57,337 nucleotides of DNA from Patescibacteria group bacterium. GTDB lineage: Bacteria > Patescibacteriota > UBA1384 > XYA2-FULL-43-10 > 1-14-0-10-43-13. The position numbers and the translations under genes are program-made. The stretch is from the NCBI GenBank assembly GCA_041666325.1, contig JBAYHC010000001.1:1-57337 (forward strand). The letters are read 5' to 3'. The notes beneath the pieces are model-generated. The model was not told the origin of the DNA, did no database searches, and saw nothing but the letters and a program-made list of their open reading frames with translations. This document shows, piece by piece, positions 29,976-41,600 of this stretch (the stretch's first letter is position 1; each line of letters opens with the position of its first letter).

Positions 29976-31751
29976 ATGGCAAAGAAGAAAAAACAAGACA
30001 TGTCGGTCTATTGGCGCAGTCTCAAACCCTATATGGGCTTGATTGTGCTGACTTTGATCTCGCTTCTTGTCGCTAGAGCGGCCGCGACAATTGAGCCATT
30101 GTATCTGAAGAAGATAATCGACTACATCGTATCTAATCCGAGCACACAGCTGGTCGGCAACAGTGCGTTGGTTAGTTTAATCATCGTCTTTTTCTCCTTG
30201 CGCATTGTTTCCTTCGTCTTTGAGTTTTTGCGTGATTTTTTCTTTGCTCCTGCTCAGATTGGTGCCGGGAGGGACATATCCAAGAAACTTTTCGACAAAT
30301 TGCTTGGTCTCTCGATCAGATATCACCATGATCAGAAGACCGGCTCCTTGGCTCGGCGTATTGCTCGCGGCGCCCAGTCCATAAACTTTATCTTGGACAT
30401 TATTGTTCTAAGCGTGTTGCCGACACTGGCAGAATTGATGTTTGTAACAATACTTCTCCTTCGCCTTTATCCGCTGGAATATACACTGGTGACTGTCAGT
30501 ACGGTTGTTCTCTATGCGCTCTTCACTGTTTACACCACGGAGCTGCGTCAAAAATATCGCTTGGCTGCCAATGTGGCTGACGATGAATCTTCTGCTATTC
30601 AGATTGAGACTATCTATAACATGGAGACGGTTAAATACTTTGGCAACGAGGAATTTCAACGCAAGAAGTTTCTCGACAAAGTATCAGATTGGTATCAGTC
30701 AAGCGTCAGATCCAACCAACTTTTTGCTGCTGTCAATGCCGGCCAAGCCGCTATACTGCTTGTCGGATTTGGTTTGATCATCTACTTTGCTATCGGTCAG
30801 GCATTGTCGGGCAGATTGACCGTTGGTGACCTGGTCTTGCTTACGACCTATATAGTGCGCCTAGCAACTCCGATCAGTATGCTTGGCTTTGTTTATCGCA
30901 GAATCAAGGACGGTGTGACTGATCTTGAGGAAATTTCCAAAATATTTAGTGAACCGCTCGACTTGCAGCCGGATACCGGCACCAAGAAACTTTCCCGGTT
31001 TAGTGGCTCGATCAAGTTTGAGGATGTTTATTTCGGTTATAAAAATCGTCCGGCCCTGCGCGGACTAAGCTTCGAAGTGCCGGCTGGATCGCGCGTCGCG
31101 ATTGTTGGTCCCTCTGGCGCCGGCAAATCAACCATCGTCAAGCTGCTTTTCCGTCTCTATGATCTGGAGAAGGGCAAAATTAAATTCGATGACATCAATA
31201 TTACCGATATTGATGCGCGAGCGCTCTATAGCTTGATTGCTCTCGTGCCACAGGAAACAACCCTGTTTAATGATACGATTGAGTACAATATTCGTTTCGG
31301 TAAGCCTGACGCCACGAGTGATGAGATCAAGCGCGCTGTGAGATTGGCTAATCTTGATAAGTTGATTTCTCGTTTGCCCGATGGCCTCGCAACCGTGGTT
31401 GGTGAGCGAGGGGTCAAGCTCTCGGGCGGGGAGAAACAACGGGTTTCTGTGGCCCGCGCAATTCTTAAGGATCCGAAGGTTTTGGTTTTTGATGAGGCAA
31501 CGAGTAATCTTGATGCAGAATCGGAGGCAGAGATTATCAAATCAATCAGAGAGGTTTCGAGTGGAAGGACAACTATTTCGATAGCACATCGTTTGCCTAC
31601 TATCATCGACAATGACGTTATCTTTGTTCTAGACAATGGCTCGCTGGCCGAGAAGGGCACCCATCAGGAACTTCTTAGCAAAAAAGGTGTCTATTGGCGC
31701 CTGTGGCAAAATTTTGAAAAGGAAGAAAACAACGTCGTTCAGATTATGTAG
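29976..31751 (+). CDS. ABCB-type exporter (fused permease + ATPase half-transporter)
   Basis: 591 aa. Six-TM N-terminal domain, Walker A GPSGAGKST, signature LSGGEKQRVSVARA, Walker B VLVFDEATSNLD. Confidence 0.92.
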   Translation: MAKKKKQDMSVYWRSLKPYMGLIVLTLISLLVARAAATIEPLYLKKIIDYIVSNPSTQLVGNSALVSLIIVFFSLRIVSFVFEFLRDFFFAPAQIGAGRDISKKLFDKLLGLSIRYHHDQKTGSLARRIARGAQSINFILDIIVLSVLPTLAELMFVTILLLRLYPLEYTLVTVSTVVLYALFTVYTTELRQKYRLAANVADDESSAIQIETIYNMETVKYFGNEEFQRKKFLDKVSDWYQSSVRSNQLFAAVNAGQAAILLVGFGLIIYFAIGQALSGRLTVGDLVLLTTYIVRLATPISMLGFVYRRIKDGVTDLEEISKIFSEPLDLQPDTGTKKLSRFSGSIKFEDVYFGYKNRPALRGLSFEVPAGSRVAIVGPSGAGKSTIVKLLFRLYDLEKGKIKFDDINITDIDARALYSLIALVPQETTLFNDTIEYNIRFGKPDATSDEIKRAVRLANLDKLISRLPDGLATVVGERGVKLSGGEKQRVSVARAILKDPKVLVFDEATSNLDAESEAEIIKSIREVSSGRTTISIAHRLPTIIDNDVIFVLDNGSLAEKGTHQELLSKKGVYWRLWQNFEKEENNVVQIM

Positions 31752-31783
31752 CATGGACCGAATCTTATTCTCTTCGAGATTGG

Positions 31784-32773
31784 TTACGAGGCGGCCTCGA
31801 TTGACTCAATCGTTTCTCTGATGGTGCTGGCCGAATCATGCAATTTCTTTCTTTCGTCCAAAGAGAGATTGATGTCCAGTATTCTCTTGATGCCGGTTGA
31901 TCCAACAATTGCCGGTATTGATATATAGATGTCTTTTAGTCCATATTCTCCGCTCAGGTATACAGAGACAGGAAAAGCGTGGTTCTCGTCGTAAAGTATG
32001 GCCCTAACCACCCGTGCTACAGCCAATGCTATGGCATAAGAGGTATAGCCTTTCTTGGCGATAACATTAGCCGCCGCATTCTTGGTTGCTAGGTATGCCT
32101 TCTCAACCTTCTCTTGAGTATATTGCGGCAATGATGCCAAGGGTTCACCCATTACATTGCAGTGAGAGTAAACTGGCACCTGGCTATCGCCATGTTCCCC
32201 GATAAGATAGGCACCAACACTCTCTGTGGCTAGATCGAACTCCTCGGCCAAGAGGTGGCGGAAGCGAGATGAGTCCAGGGTTGTTCCGGTACCAAAAACT
32301 TGTGAGCTTGGAAGGCCGGAGGCCTTCATTGCAACATAGGTCATGATGTCCAGAGGGTTTGTGACAACTAGAAGAACGGCACGATCGGTAAATTTGCGGA
32401 CGTTTTTAGCAACATCGGCAACAATTTTTGCATTTTCGCTGGCAAGGTCCAGGCGAGTTTGACCCGGTTTTTGAGCAAGACCCGCACAGATCACGACCAC
32501 TCGTGCTTCCTTGCAATCCTCGTATGTGCCGGCCCAGATTTTGACCTCTGAAACAAAGGATAGCCCGTGTTCCAAATCGAGTGCCTCCCCTTCGCATTTG
32601 TCTTTGTTGGCGTCTATTAGGACAATCTCAGAAGCGGCACCCTCGACCATGAGGGCGAATGCTGCTGATGCTCCGACAGAACCGGTACCAACAACCACGA
32701 CGCGATTGCCATCGTTTTGTTGAAAATCTGTCGCTCTGTGGACCTTTTTCTTTCTTGAAGTATCTTTTATCAT
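31784..32773 (-). CDS. ldh: L-lactate dehydrogenase
   Basis: VVVVGTGSVGASAAFAL (Rossmann fold), NPLDIMTY, GEHGDSQVP catalytic region. Confidence 0.9.
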   Translation of the reverse strand: MIKDTSRKKKVHRATDFQQNDGNRVVVVGTGSVGASAAFALMVEGAASEIVLIDANKDKCEGEALDLEHGLSFVSEVKIWAGTYEDCKEARVVVICAGLAQKPGQTRLDLASENAKIVADVAKNVRKFTDRAVLLVVTNPLDIMTYVAMKASGLPSSQVFGTGTTLDSSRFRHLLAEEFDLATESVGAYLIGEHGDSQVPVYSHCNVMGEPLASLPQYTQEKVEKAYLATKNAAANVIAKKGYTSYAIALAVARVVRAILYDENHAFPVSVYLSGEYGLKDIYISIPAIVGSTGIKRILDINLSLDERKKLHDSASTIRETIESIEAAS

Positions 32774-32797
32774 TATTACCCTCAGTATATTATTAGG

Positions 32798-33469
32798 CTA
32801 TAGTGACTTTATCATTTCTTTAGCTTTTTCATTCTCTGGATCCAAATTTAGAATCTTGTCTAGAGCAGCTCTTGCCTCGGTTGCATTATTGTTGCGCAGA
32901 TAAGCTGCAGATAGTTGCAAGCCGATTTCACTGCGTTGTTTGGTGCCATCGTACACACTGGCAAGTAAAGCGATTGCGTCATTGGTTTTGCCTTGCAAAG
33001 TGTAGAGATGTGCCAGGTTAATAACGGCCGGGAGTAAGTTCGGGTTAAGGCTGATGGCTTCTTTGTAAGCCGTTTCAGCCTTGTCGTACTGGTTCAGATC
33101 GCGATAAAGGTTGCCTAGGAAATTCTGCGTCGTAGCATCATCCTTGTTCATCGAGAGGGCTTTTTCATAAGCAGAAACTGCCTCTTCTCTTTTCCTCTGC
33201 TGCTGGAGAACGTACCCATATTCACGCCACAAGGCAGAGTCGTCGCTCGCCGTGCTTAGTAGTGTTTTGTACTCTTTTTCGGCTTCGGCAAAGTTATTGT
33301 TCCCTGAAGCGCTCCTCGCCAAAGCAAGATGATCAATCGAATTTGAACCACTTTCTTTGTTTTGCTTCTGCCAAGCAACAAGCATAATTATTCCGGCCGA
33401 TATCATCAAGATTAGTCCAGCTATTGTTACAAGCCTCTTTTTCCGCAATTTTTTGTCTGCTCTTGTCAT
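32798..33469 (-). CDS. TPR-repeat protein with N-terminal TM anchor
   Basis: 223 aa. TM LVTIAGLILMISAGIIMLVAW, then about 4 TPR-like repeats (AVSAYEKALSMNKDD, AETAYKEAISLNPN). Confidence 0.8.
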   Translation of the reverse strand: MTRADKKLRKKRLVTIAGLILMISAGIIMLVAWQKQNKESGSNSIDHLALARSASGNNNFAEAEKEYKTLLSTASDDSALWREYGYVLQQQRKREEAVSAYEKALSMNKDDATTQNFLGNLYRDLNQYDKAETAYKEAISLNPNLLPAVINLAHLYTLQGKTNDAIALLASVYDGTKQRSEIGLQLSAAYLRNNNATEARAALDKILNLDPENEKAKEMIKSL

Positions 33470-33591
33470 AGTTCTCCCAGCACTATCGATACTAGCCGGC
33501 CGATTGCTAAACCTAAAATAATGGTAAATAGGTATAAGCCAAGAATCAATCCTACCCAGCCCATAAAAAGCATGTTGCGGATCTTATTCAT
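33466..33591 (-). CDS. Untracked 41-aa hydrophobic micro-ORF between the permease and the TPR gene
   Basis: Own translation: MNKIRNMLFMGWVGLILGLYLFTIILGLAIGRLVSIVLGEL. Its ATG overlaps the permease stop (ATGAATAA) and its TGA overlaps the TPR ATG (ATGA). It is below the track's size cutoff. Confidence 0.55.
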   Translation of the reverse strand: MNKIRNMLFMGWVGLILGLYLFTIILGLAIGRLVSIVLGEL

Positions 33592-34759
33592 AGCGCAAAG
33601 CCTCTAGTGGATTTAGCTTAGCGGCGCGTCTAGCCGGCAAAAACCCAGTCGAAACGCCAACCAAGAAAGAGAAGCCAAGCATCAGGGCAATGAACACTAT
33701 CGGCGTCAAAAAAAGATCAACGGGTTCTCCTCCTACACTTTTTGCCAACACGTTAATGGTCAAATTTACGAAACTGGAAGTTAGCCAGCCCAGGGTAAGA
33801 CCAACAACGCCGCCTGTCGCAGATATAATGATGGCTTCAGATAAGAAAATAAGGTAGACGGTTTTATCATCCGTACCAGTTGCTTTCATTATCCCAACGT
33901 CGCGAGTGCGCTCAAGCAAGGCGATTGTCATGGTGTTGAACATACCAATCGACGCGACAATCAAAGCGACGCCGCCAAAGACGGCAAGGACAATCTGAAT
34001 AATTCTAAAGACGCTATCGAGCTGGCCGATCGTATCGGCCACTGAGGCAACGCCATAACCGGCGTTTTCAATCTCATTCTTAAGGGGCACCAGATTTTCA
34101 CGTTTGCCCACTTTTAATTTAACTTGGCTCACATCAAGCTCGCCGGTTTTGTCCAATAGATCGGGGGTAATATATGCAGCAACCGTCGAGTCGTCAAGAT
34201 AGGTGCCGACAACTTTAAGATTTTCTTCAATTGTATTGACTGCAGAATTCTTGTTCCGAACAAAAAGCTTGAACGCCAGGGACTTGTCAACAGCGTTGCT
34301 CGAAGCAACATTTAAACCCTTTGCCAAGCCAGTTGAGATCGCAACCCCTTTACTCTCACCTACCCCATAAAAGGTTCCGCTCTCCGGCTTCAAACCCTCT
34401 AGATTAAAAAAATCTGTCGGCACGACGCTTGCCACGCCATCGAGTACTTTACCCTCGAGAGATACTTTGATTGGTACAGAATTAACGACCACCACTTTCT
34501 CAATCCGGGGGTCATTTTTGTATTTCTCAACAAACGCCTTGTCCGGAGCAGCAACTTTGCCAGCCGAAACATTAACCGTAGTTACTGCTTCGATCGAGGC
34601 GACTCTTTTGATGGATAGGTCCTGTAAGCCATAACCCAGTGAAACCAAAAAGACGATTGTGGCAATACCAACCGCAATACCAAGGATGGTTAAGGCACTT
34701 CGCATTGTGTTCCCGCGGAGGTTGGTAATTGAGATTCTAATAATGTCAAGCAGTCTCAT
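33584..34759 (-). CDS. ABC transporter permease, FtsX/MacB type
   Basis: 391 aa. TM1, a large extracytoplasmic domain, then 3 C-terminal TMs. The stop/start overlaps the ATPase gene. Confidence 0.88.
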   Translation of the reverse strand: MRLLDIIRISITNLRGNTMRSALTILGIAVGIATIVFLVSLGYGLQDLSIKRVASIEAVTTVNVSAGKVAAPDKAFVEKYKNDPRIEKVVVVNSVPIKVSLEGKVLDGVASVVPTDFFNLEGLKPESGTFYGVGESKGVAISTGLAKGLNVASSNAVDKSLAFKLFVRNKNSAVNTIEENLKVVGTYLDDSTVAAYITPDLLDKTGELDVSQVKLKVGKRENLVPLKNEIENAGYGVASVADTIGQLDSVFRIIQIVLAVFGGVALIVASIGMFNTMTIALLERTRDVGIMKATGTDDKTVYLIFLSEAIIISATGGVVGLTLGWLTSSFVNLTINVLAKSVGGEPVDLFLTPIVFIALMLGFSFLVGVSTGFLPARRAAKLNPLEALRYE

Positions 34760-35568
34760 TTGTTCTCCGCTTTCTGCTTGCTTGCTTTATCCGCTTCCTT
34801 CTCATCATGAAAAACGAGTTCCTTGAGATCATCCAGTCCTTTTATCTCCTCGCCAATAGATTCCCGGTGACGGTTAACTTGAATCTTTTCAACCAATCCG
34901 TCTCTAATAAAGAAGACTCTATCGGCTTCCCTTAAGTACTCTGGGTTATGTGTGACCATAATAATTGTCCGACGGCTTTTTTGGTTCAAAATCCGGAAAA
35001 CGGTCATCACGTCATTAGCTGAATGGCTGTCTAAATTGCCTGTCGGCTCATCAGCAACAATAATCCACGCATTAGTCGCCAAAGCCCGGGCGATTGCCAC
35101 GCGCTGTTGCTGGCCACCGGAGAGTTCTGATGAGTGGCGATCGGCAAATTTTGAAAGTCCAAGCATTGATAGAATTCCAACTGCTCGATCACGCCGTCTT
35201 TTTAGCGGCTCTCGATCATTGGTTAAGGGAAAAGCGACGTTCTCCCAAACCTTGAATGATTTGATGAGGTTAAACTGCTGAAATACGATGCCGATTTTAT
35301 CCCGGCGGTATTTGGCGAGCTGTTTACTGTTAAATTTGGCAATGTTTTCCCCGCGCACGACAACCTCGCCACTAGAAGGTGGCTCGAGACCGCAAATTGA
35401 ATTTAAAATAGTACTTTTGCCAGAGCCTGAGGGTCCAAAAAAGATAACATACTCACCTGAGTAGATTTCAAGATCGACACCGTTCAGGACTGGTACCTCG
35501 TTGCTGCCAAGTAGGTACTTCTTGGTCACGTTTTTGAGTGCTATAACCGGAGTTTTTGGCATCTCCAT
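34756..35568 (-). CDS. ABC transporter ATP-binding protein (MacB/LolD/FtsE-like)
   Basis: Walker A GPSGSGKST, LSGGQQQRVAIARA, Walker B IIVADEPTGNLD, plus a charged 45-aa C-terminal tail. Confidence 0.92.
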   Translation of the reverse strand: MEMPKTPVIALKNVTKKYLLGSNEVPVLNGVDLEIYSGEYVIFFGPSGSGKSTILNSICGLEPPSSGEVVVRGENIAKFNSKQLAKYRRDKIGIVFQQFNLIKSFKVWENVAFPLTNDREPLKRRRDRAVGILSMLGLSKFADRHSSELSGGQQQRVAIARALATNAWIIVADEPTGNLDSHSANDVMTVFRILNQKSRRTIIMVTHNPEYLREADRVFFIRDGLVEKIQVNRHRESIGEEIKGLDDLKELVFHDEKEADKASKQKAENK

Positions 35569-35619
35569 CCCCTCGCTTATCCTAAGTATTATAATATTGA
35601 TATTCGAAGCTCATTGCAA

Positions 35620-38600
35620 CTAATTGCGCCTGAACTTATTTATCAATGGTGCATCCTTCAGCCTCTTAGTCCAGCTGAAGGTCTCTTCCAGGGATTTAAC
35701 AACCAGCTGAAGAAGTGACTTTTCTTTGGTCGGGGTGATGATGGTTTGGTCTTGGGACTTGGTCATGTTGCCGGAAGCGTCTTTAGAGATGATTCTGAAC
35801 TGATAGGAGGCGTTGGGACGGATGTCGGGGATGATGACGGTGTGGGTCATGTTGAAGGTGGTGACTTCTTCAGTCTTGCTTTGGTACTCGTCAGAGATGC
35901 CTTGGCCGTATTCGACTTGGCTGGTAGAGGGCTCATCTGTCTCCCAAGTGATAATAGCCATGATCTTGGCGCTCTCGCCCGAACCGGTCGTGGTAACCTC
36001 GCTCTTGGTGGTGGAGATAACAGGCGGGGTGGTATCGGTGGGGGCAGTGAAGGTGGCATCACTTGAGGTAGCAACATTACCGTAGGAATCGGTTGATTTG
36101 ACTTGGTAATGGTAACTCTTGGCAGACTCTAAGCCGATGATGGTGACGGAGTGGAGAGTGGTAAGATCGGACTTGCCCTGTTCGGAGGTGTACGCCCCGC
36201 CTGCTGGACCAAAACTTACCTTGGAATCGGCATTGACGTTTGTCGTCCAGGTGATGGTGGCTTGGGTTGGTTTTAGATCTTCGATCTTTAAGCCAGAGAT
36301 GGTGGGTGTTGGCGGAATGGCAATGGCATAGTCATCAGAGGTGGTAGTGTTCTCATCTGCATCGGTCGCTTTAATCCTCACGTGATAAGTAGTACCTGGG
36401 GAGAGGTCTTCGAGCTTGATGGCGTGATCAGTGTTTTGGTTGGTCTCTGACTTGGTCGAGCCATAGCTCGTGGTGGTGCCATATTCCAAAACGGTAGTCG
36501 AGAGTTTGTTCGTGGTCCAAGTGACTGTAGTAGAGGTGTTAGTCGTCGCAGTGGGTGTGACTGAAGAGAGAGTGAGCGGAACACGTTCAGGGGTAGTGAC
36601 CTCAACCACCTCAGAGGCACCAGTAATCTTGACTTCGTTTTGGCTTAGAGTCTTAAAGTAGTATTTAGTGGAGGGCTCTAATTGCTGGACCAAGACAGAG
36701 TGAGAGAGGGTTGAGTCAAACTGACCGACGACCTGGGCGGCCGTGCCGGATGTGGTAGTGGTTCCCGTACCGGATTCTAGTGGTTCCTTACTGTAGACGA
36801 CAAAGCTATCAGCCAATTGGTCGGTGTTCCAGGTCACGGTAGCCCGAACTCCATACTCCTGTTTCCAGTTTTGGAGAGTGATGGTTGGACTTGCGGTAAC
36901 GTCGGGAGCAGCTCCTGGTTGGGAGGAGAGGACGGCTGTGGGGCGGGAGACATTGCCCAAGGTATCGGCTGTTTTGACACGGTAGTAGTAGCGTTGGGAT
37001 TGGTTTAATTTAACATCAAGGTAACCATTCTTTGTCGTTGTATCGAGTTGGCTAAAACTGCTACCGTCTAATGACCGTTCGACAGTATAATTAGCAAAGT
37101 TAGAAACATCCGGATCAGTCCATATTAGCATCAGTCGGTAAGTGCCAACCTCTAAATTGCTGCCATCTTTCAAGGCAAAATCAGTCGGCGTATTGGTAAT
37201 TGCGTTACTGGCAGAAAGCACGTTGTTGTAAGGATCCTTAAATTCAACATAGATGATCGCCGAATCTCCGAGGCTCCAACTTGATACAGTTGTCGGTTTA
37301 GCGCTCAATGTCGCCCACTCTGAAGCATTAGACATATCCTGGTTATTGGAAATTCGATACTGGATGGCCTGTTCGGTGGCGCCATCTTCCCGAGCCAGAA
37401 GAGTAATAGTGGCGGTGTTGTCGCCAGTGGCATCGACCAGAACAGCCGACTCGCCGTTGTTCACCCTTGGAGGCTTGGTATCCAAGAGAAGATCGTTAGA
37501 TATTCCCTCTCCCGTTCCTTGGTTGGTAGTGCCTTTGACTTTAATCTTGAAGCCCTGAAGGGCGGTAAAGTATTGGTTTGGATAATCGGTAGCAATTTGG
37601 TAATACAATGTATGACTAGAAATTGCTTCGCTCCCAGTGATACCAGCGCCAACATCACCTGAGAGTGCTGCTGTTGTAGCGTTGTGCCAGGTGGCGGTTG
37701 TGGGATTGTAATATTGAACAGTGACTGCTGAATCATATCTTAGACCATAGTCGACCTTGATTTTACCAGTACTCTGTTGGATGGCAGTAACACTTCTGGG
37801 AGCAATATCGGCAGGCATTGCTTCAACTTGGGTTGAGGCAGCAGATTCGATCTCGACTTCAGTCGGATCTAAGTGAACAGACTTTAAGGTGAAGTAATAT
37901 GTTGTACCGTTGGTAAGGCCAGTAACAGCGTATTGAGAGACAGTGCCGGGAGTGACGCTCGGTTGACTTCCAAGCTTAGTGCCAAGCTCCCCCTGGGTAG
38001 TTGACTGATAAATATTCATCTTCGAAACTGCTGCATCAGTGGTATTCGTCCAAGCTAGGGTAACGGATTCATGACCAGCAGTGGCTGAGACTTGACTTGG
38101 AGCATGAGTTGGAACAACGACCACACCGGTAGTGGCGGTGTATGAGGTGCCCGGATCAGTTGAATCATCGGTTACTGTAATTCTGTGGTTACCGCCAGTA
38201 CCGAAGATGAAAGCAGCGTTATCAAAGGTTTTTGCACCAAGGTCGGCCACTTGGAAGGTATACTTTGAGACTGACGTATTAGGCAGGGTTACTGCTGAAT
38301 CAGTCGAGGTAAAGTAAACCTGGCCGGTGTAATCAGTCTTCACATTGCCCAAGACATCGTAGGCAGTGACAATGACATCAGAAGTAGCGGCGCTATCGAT
38401 GGGCGCCGTGGTCATTGCTGGAGAAAAGGCAATGCCCAGACTACCCAGAGAGGCGGGTTTGATCTTGATTGGTAGGTTTGTTGGTGTAATGGCATCAGCA
38501 CCGTTCTTGCCGTGGAGATAGAAGGCCAGACTTGTGCCACCAGTGCTTACAGTAAAGGCAGAGGAATCAAAGATGTGGCGGCCGTTGTCATATGTATCCC

Positions 38601-41600
38601 CTGTCGTAGTTCGTAGATCATGCTGACCATCGATGTAATTGCTGCTCCAAGTGAAGTCTAATTTGTTGGAAGCGGCATCATAGGGGAAGGTGTAAACCTT
38701 GTCTGCATCCATGCTAAACCAGATGGGGCCGCTGTAGTCATACTTAAGGTTCGAGTAGGCATCGTAGGTAGTAACGACAATGTCGTAAGGAGATTGAGAG
38801 CCTCCCGCCAAGCCGGTTGAGTTCCAGGGAAAACCGGCCGTGGCAAATTGAGCCGTGCCGGCTTGGGGATAATCGCTCATCCCATAGTGGTCTAAGTTTC
38901 CTGGCCGAACCTGAATAGAATAGCGTTGATCTGTGGGTGATTGATCAGATAGTGTGCCATCAGTAACAGAAAGGCTAATGGTTTCAGTCTTCTTCAAGAC
39001 GATTGAGGTGGCAGCAGAGACACCGGAGGTAAAGGTGGTAGTTGTTGTTGTGCCGAAGTTGATTGGTGTTGAGGTCTTGTCGGTCGCAGTTGGATAGATC
39101 GTTCCGCCGCCTGGGGCAGCAGCGGCATTAGCCGCTCCCGAGAAGGTAATGCTTTTGTCCCCGGTGTAGTCAGTGGCAGTATTGTCATATTGGTCATACG
39201 CCGTGATGGTGCCGGTCAAGGTTGCACCAGTTGTTGTAGAGGCAGGAGAGCCAGAAATGGAGAGTTGAATGCGAGAAGCGACATCAGCGGTGATAGTTGC
39301 GGCTTGGGTTGCATTGGTCCAGGATTGGCCGGCCGGATCAGCAGTCAGAGTAGCTGAGCCGACAGTCTCATCGTAGAAGTAAAAAGTACCGGAAGAGACA
39401 TTTGTCAGGGTGATTGAGGTAATGACCGCCGCCTTACATGCCACTGCCGAGGAGTTGTCCGAGCAAAAGAGTCTAGTTGTGCCATTGGTAGCAAGATCAG
39501 AGGTTAGATCTATCTGCTGGCTGGCAACTGTCACATCTTCATCGATCGCATTACGAACTACTGCAGTGTAAAGCGTTGAAACCGTGTGGGCAATGGTCGT
39601 TTTGGCATCATTAGTAAAGACTACCTTGTCAATCGCCGCAATAGTAAAGCTGCGAGTGGAAGCCGTTGAATATTGATTAAGCGTACCGCAAGCACCACTT
39701 GGATCGCAGGAGGAGAGTCGGACATAGTAAGCCTGACCTTGAGTTAGAGCTGAAGTAAAAGTAAAAGTTCCGGCAGTTCCCGAGGTATAGCCATCTTGAG
39801 TGCTCGCTCCCCCGCCGTCGTAATTCATGCCAGTATAACTACCTTGGTAGCCACCAGTATTAAATGAATTAGTATCATTGGCTTGAGTAAAGGTTGCGGC
39901 ATTGGCAGTAAAACCAGAGTCGGTAGCAATTTCAACCTTCATCCGATACCAATCGGCTGGGTTATCGGAATCCGTGGCAGTAAAACTGATTGTTGGTAAT
40001 TGGGATACATTGGTCGCAGTATCGGCTGGGGAAGAGAAAGTGACAGCGGGAACATGCTGAAAAGCAACCGTTCCGATAGTACCATTCCCATTTTTACTTG
40101 CAGTTGCGCTACCCTGCGAATATGTATCGGTTCCTGTTGGATAAATTGCGATTGATCCGCCAGAGCCATCTTTATACACACCGTTAGCCGTAATTGCACC
40201 GCTGCCAGAGAAACTAGACAATAGCATGTAGATGCTACCGCCGGAACCGCCGCTAAATGCCACACCACTGCCAGTTGTACCACCATTCACGCTAATCGTC
40301 CCACTCTGAGCGAAAGACGTGTCCCCGGTAATAATAACGGCAATTCGACCGCCACCACCACCGCCATAGCTGTTTGATGTACCGCCAACCGCTGAAATCG
40401 TGCCGGAGTTTGTTAGTTGATTGGCTGTGATAAAGATGCTACCACCAGAACCATTGCCAGCATTGCCGCTGACGCCATTGGCACTAATCGTACCGCCATT
40501 GTTATTTAGAATACCGGACACAGTGAGCTTAATGGCACCACCACCGTAAGAACTGCCACGACCACCCGAACCAAGACTCAGCGGCGAAGCAACGGTACCA
40601 TAGGTTGGTCCGCTTGTCCCGTTCTCATTGCCACCTCGGCCACCATAACTACCACCGGCATAGTTATTTACACCCTTGCCAGGTCCCGCATCAGGCGCAA
40701 AGCCCTTGCCATCAGCATTAAGCGTACCACCAGAATTGATAGTAATATTTGTCGCAGTAATGGAACCGCCAGTACCGCATTTCACCTCAGTAGAACAACC
40801 GGTTGGAATCGGATCAGGGTTTGTAGACGCATTGCCATCCAGAACAAGCGTGCCCCCGCTATTTATAGTGATGGAGGAAAAAGTATATGAAACTGCTGTT
40901 GGCGGATTTTGTGTTGAATCCGTATTACCAAGAATGAGAGAGGTCATATTGCCGGCACCACCCAGCGTCAAATTGCCCGAAGCTCCCATCTGCGAACTTG
41001 GCAAAGAGATAACACCCGCCATTCCGACGATCGGTACAGCATTAACATTTACACTGCCGCTAGTAACAGTTAACGCACCGCTATATGTTGTCGTAGTCGC
41101 AACAATGGTAATATTTCCGCCATTACTAGCATAGTATCCATTAGCGCTTATCGCCCCTGCTCCCTCGAACGTCCCGGCATTAATATAAACTGATCCGCCG
41201 GCACCGCCGGATGTATAATAAGCACCGCTAGAAGCGCTGCCACCGTTAGCCGAGATCGTATTACCCTGTGTTAAGGTGCCAGAAATCGATAGAGCGATAC
41301 GTCCACCACCGCCAGCACCATAGCTGTTAGTCACGCCACCTGTGGCTGAAATGGTTCCCGTACCAGACATTGAAGCAGCAATAAGGTAAACACTACCACC
41401 GGAACCGTTACCGGCATTGCCGCTCCCGCCAATTGAAGAAACAGCGCCATTGTTTGTTAAAGCTCCCGAAACCGTCACCTTGATCGCGCCGCCACCAGCT
41501 GTGCCGCTTACCCCGCCCGAGCCGATATTTACCGGCTCGGTGCTCGAACCATAAACCGATCCACTAACAGCGCTGCCAGAACCGTTGCCGCCACGACCAC

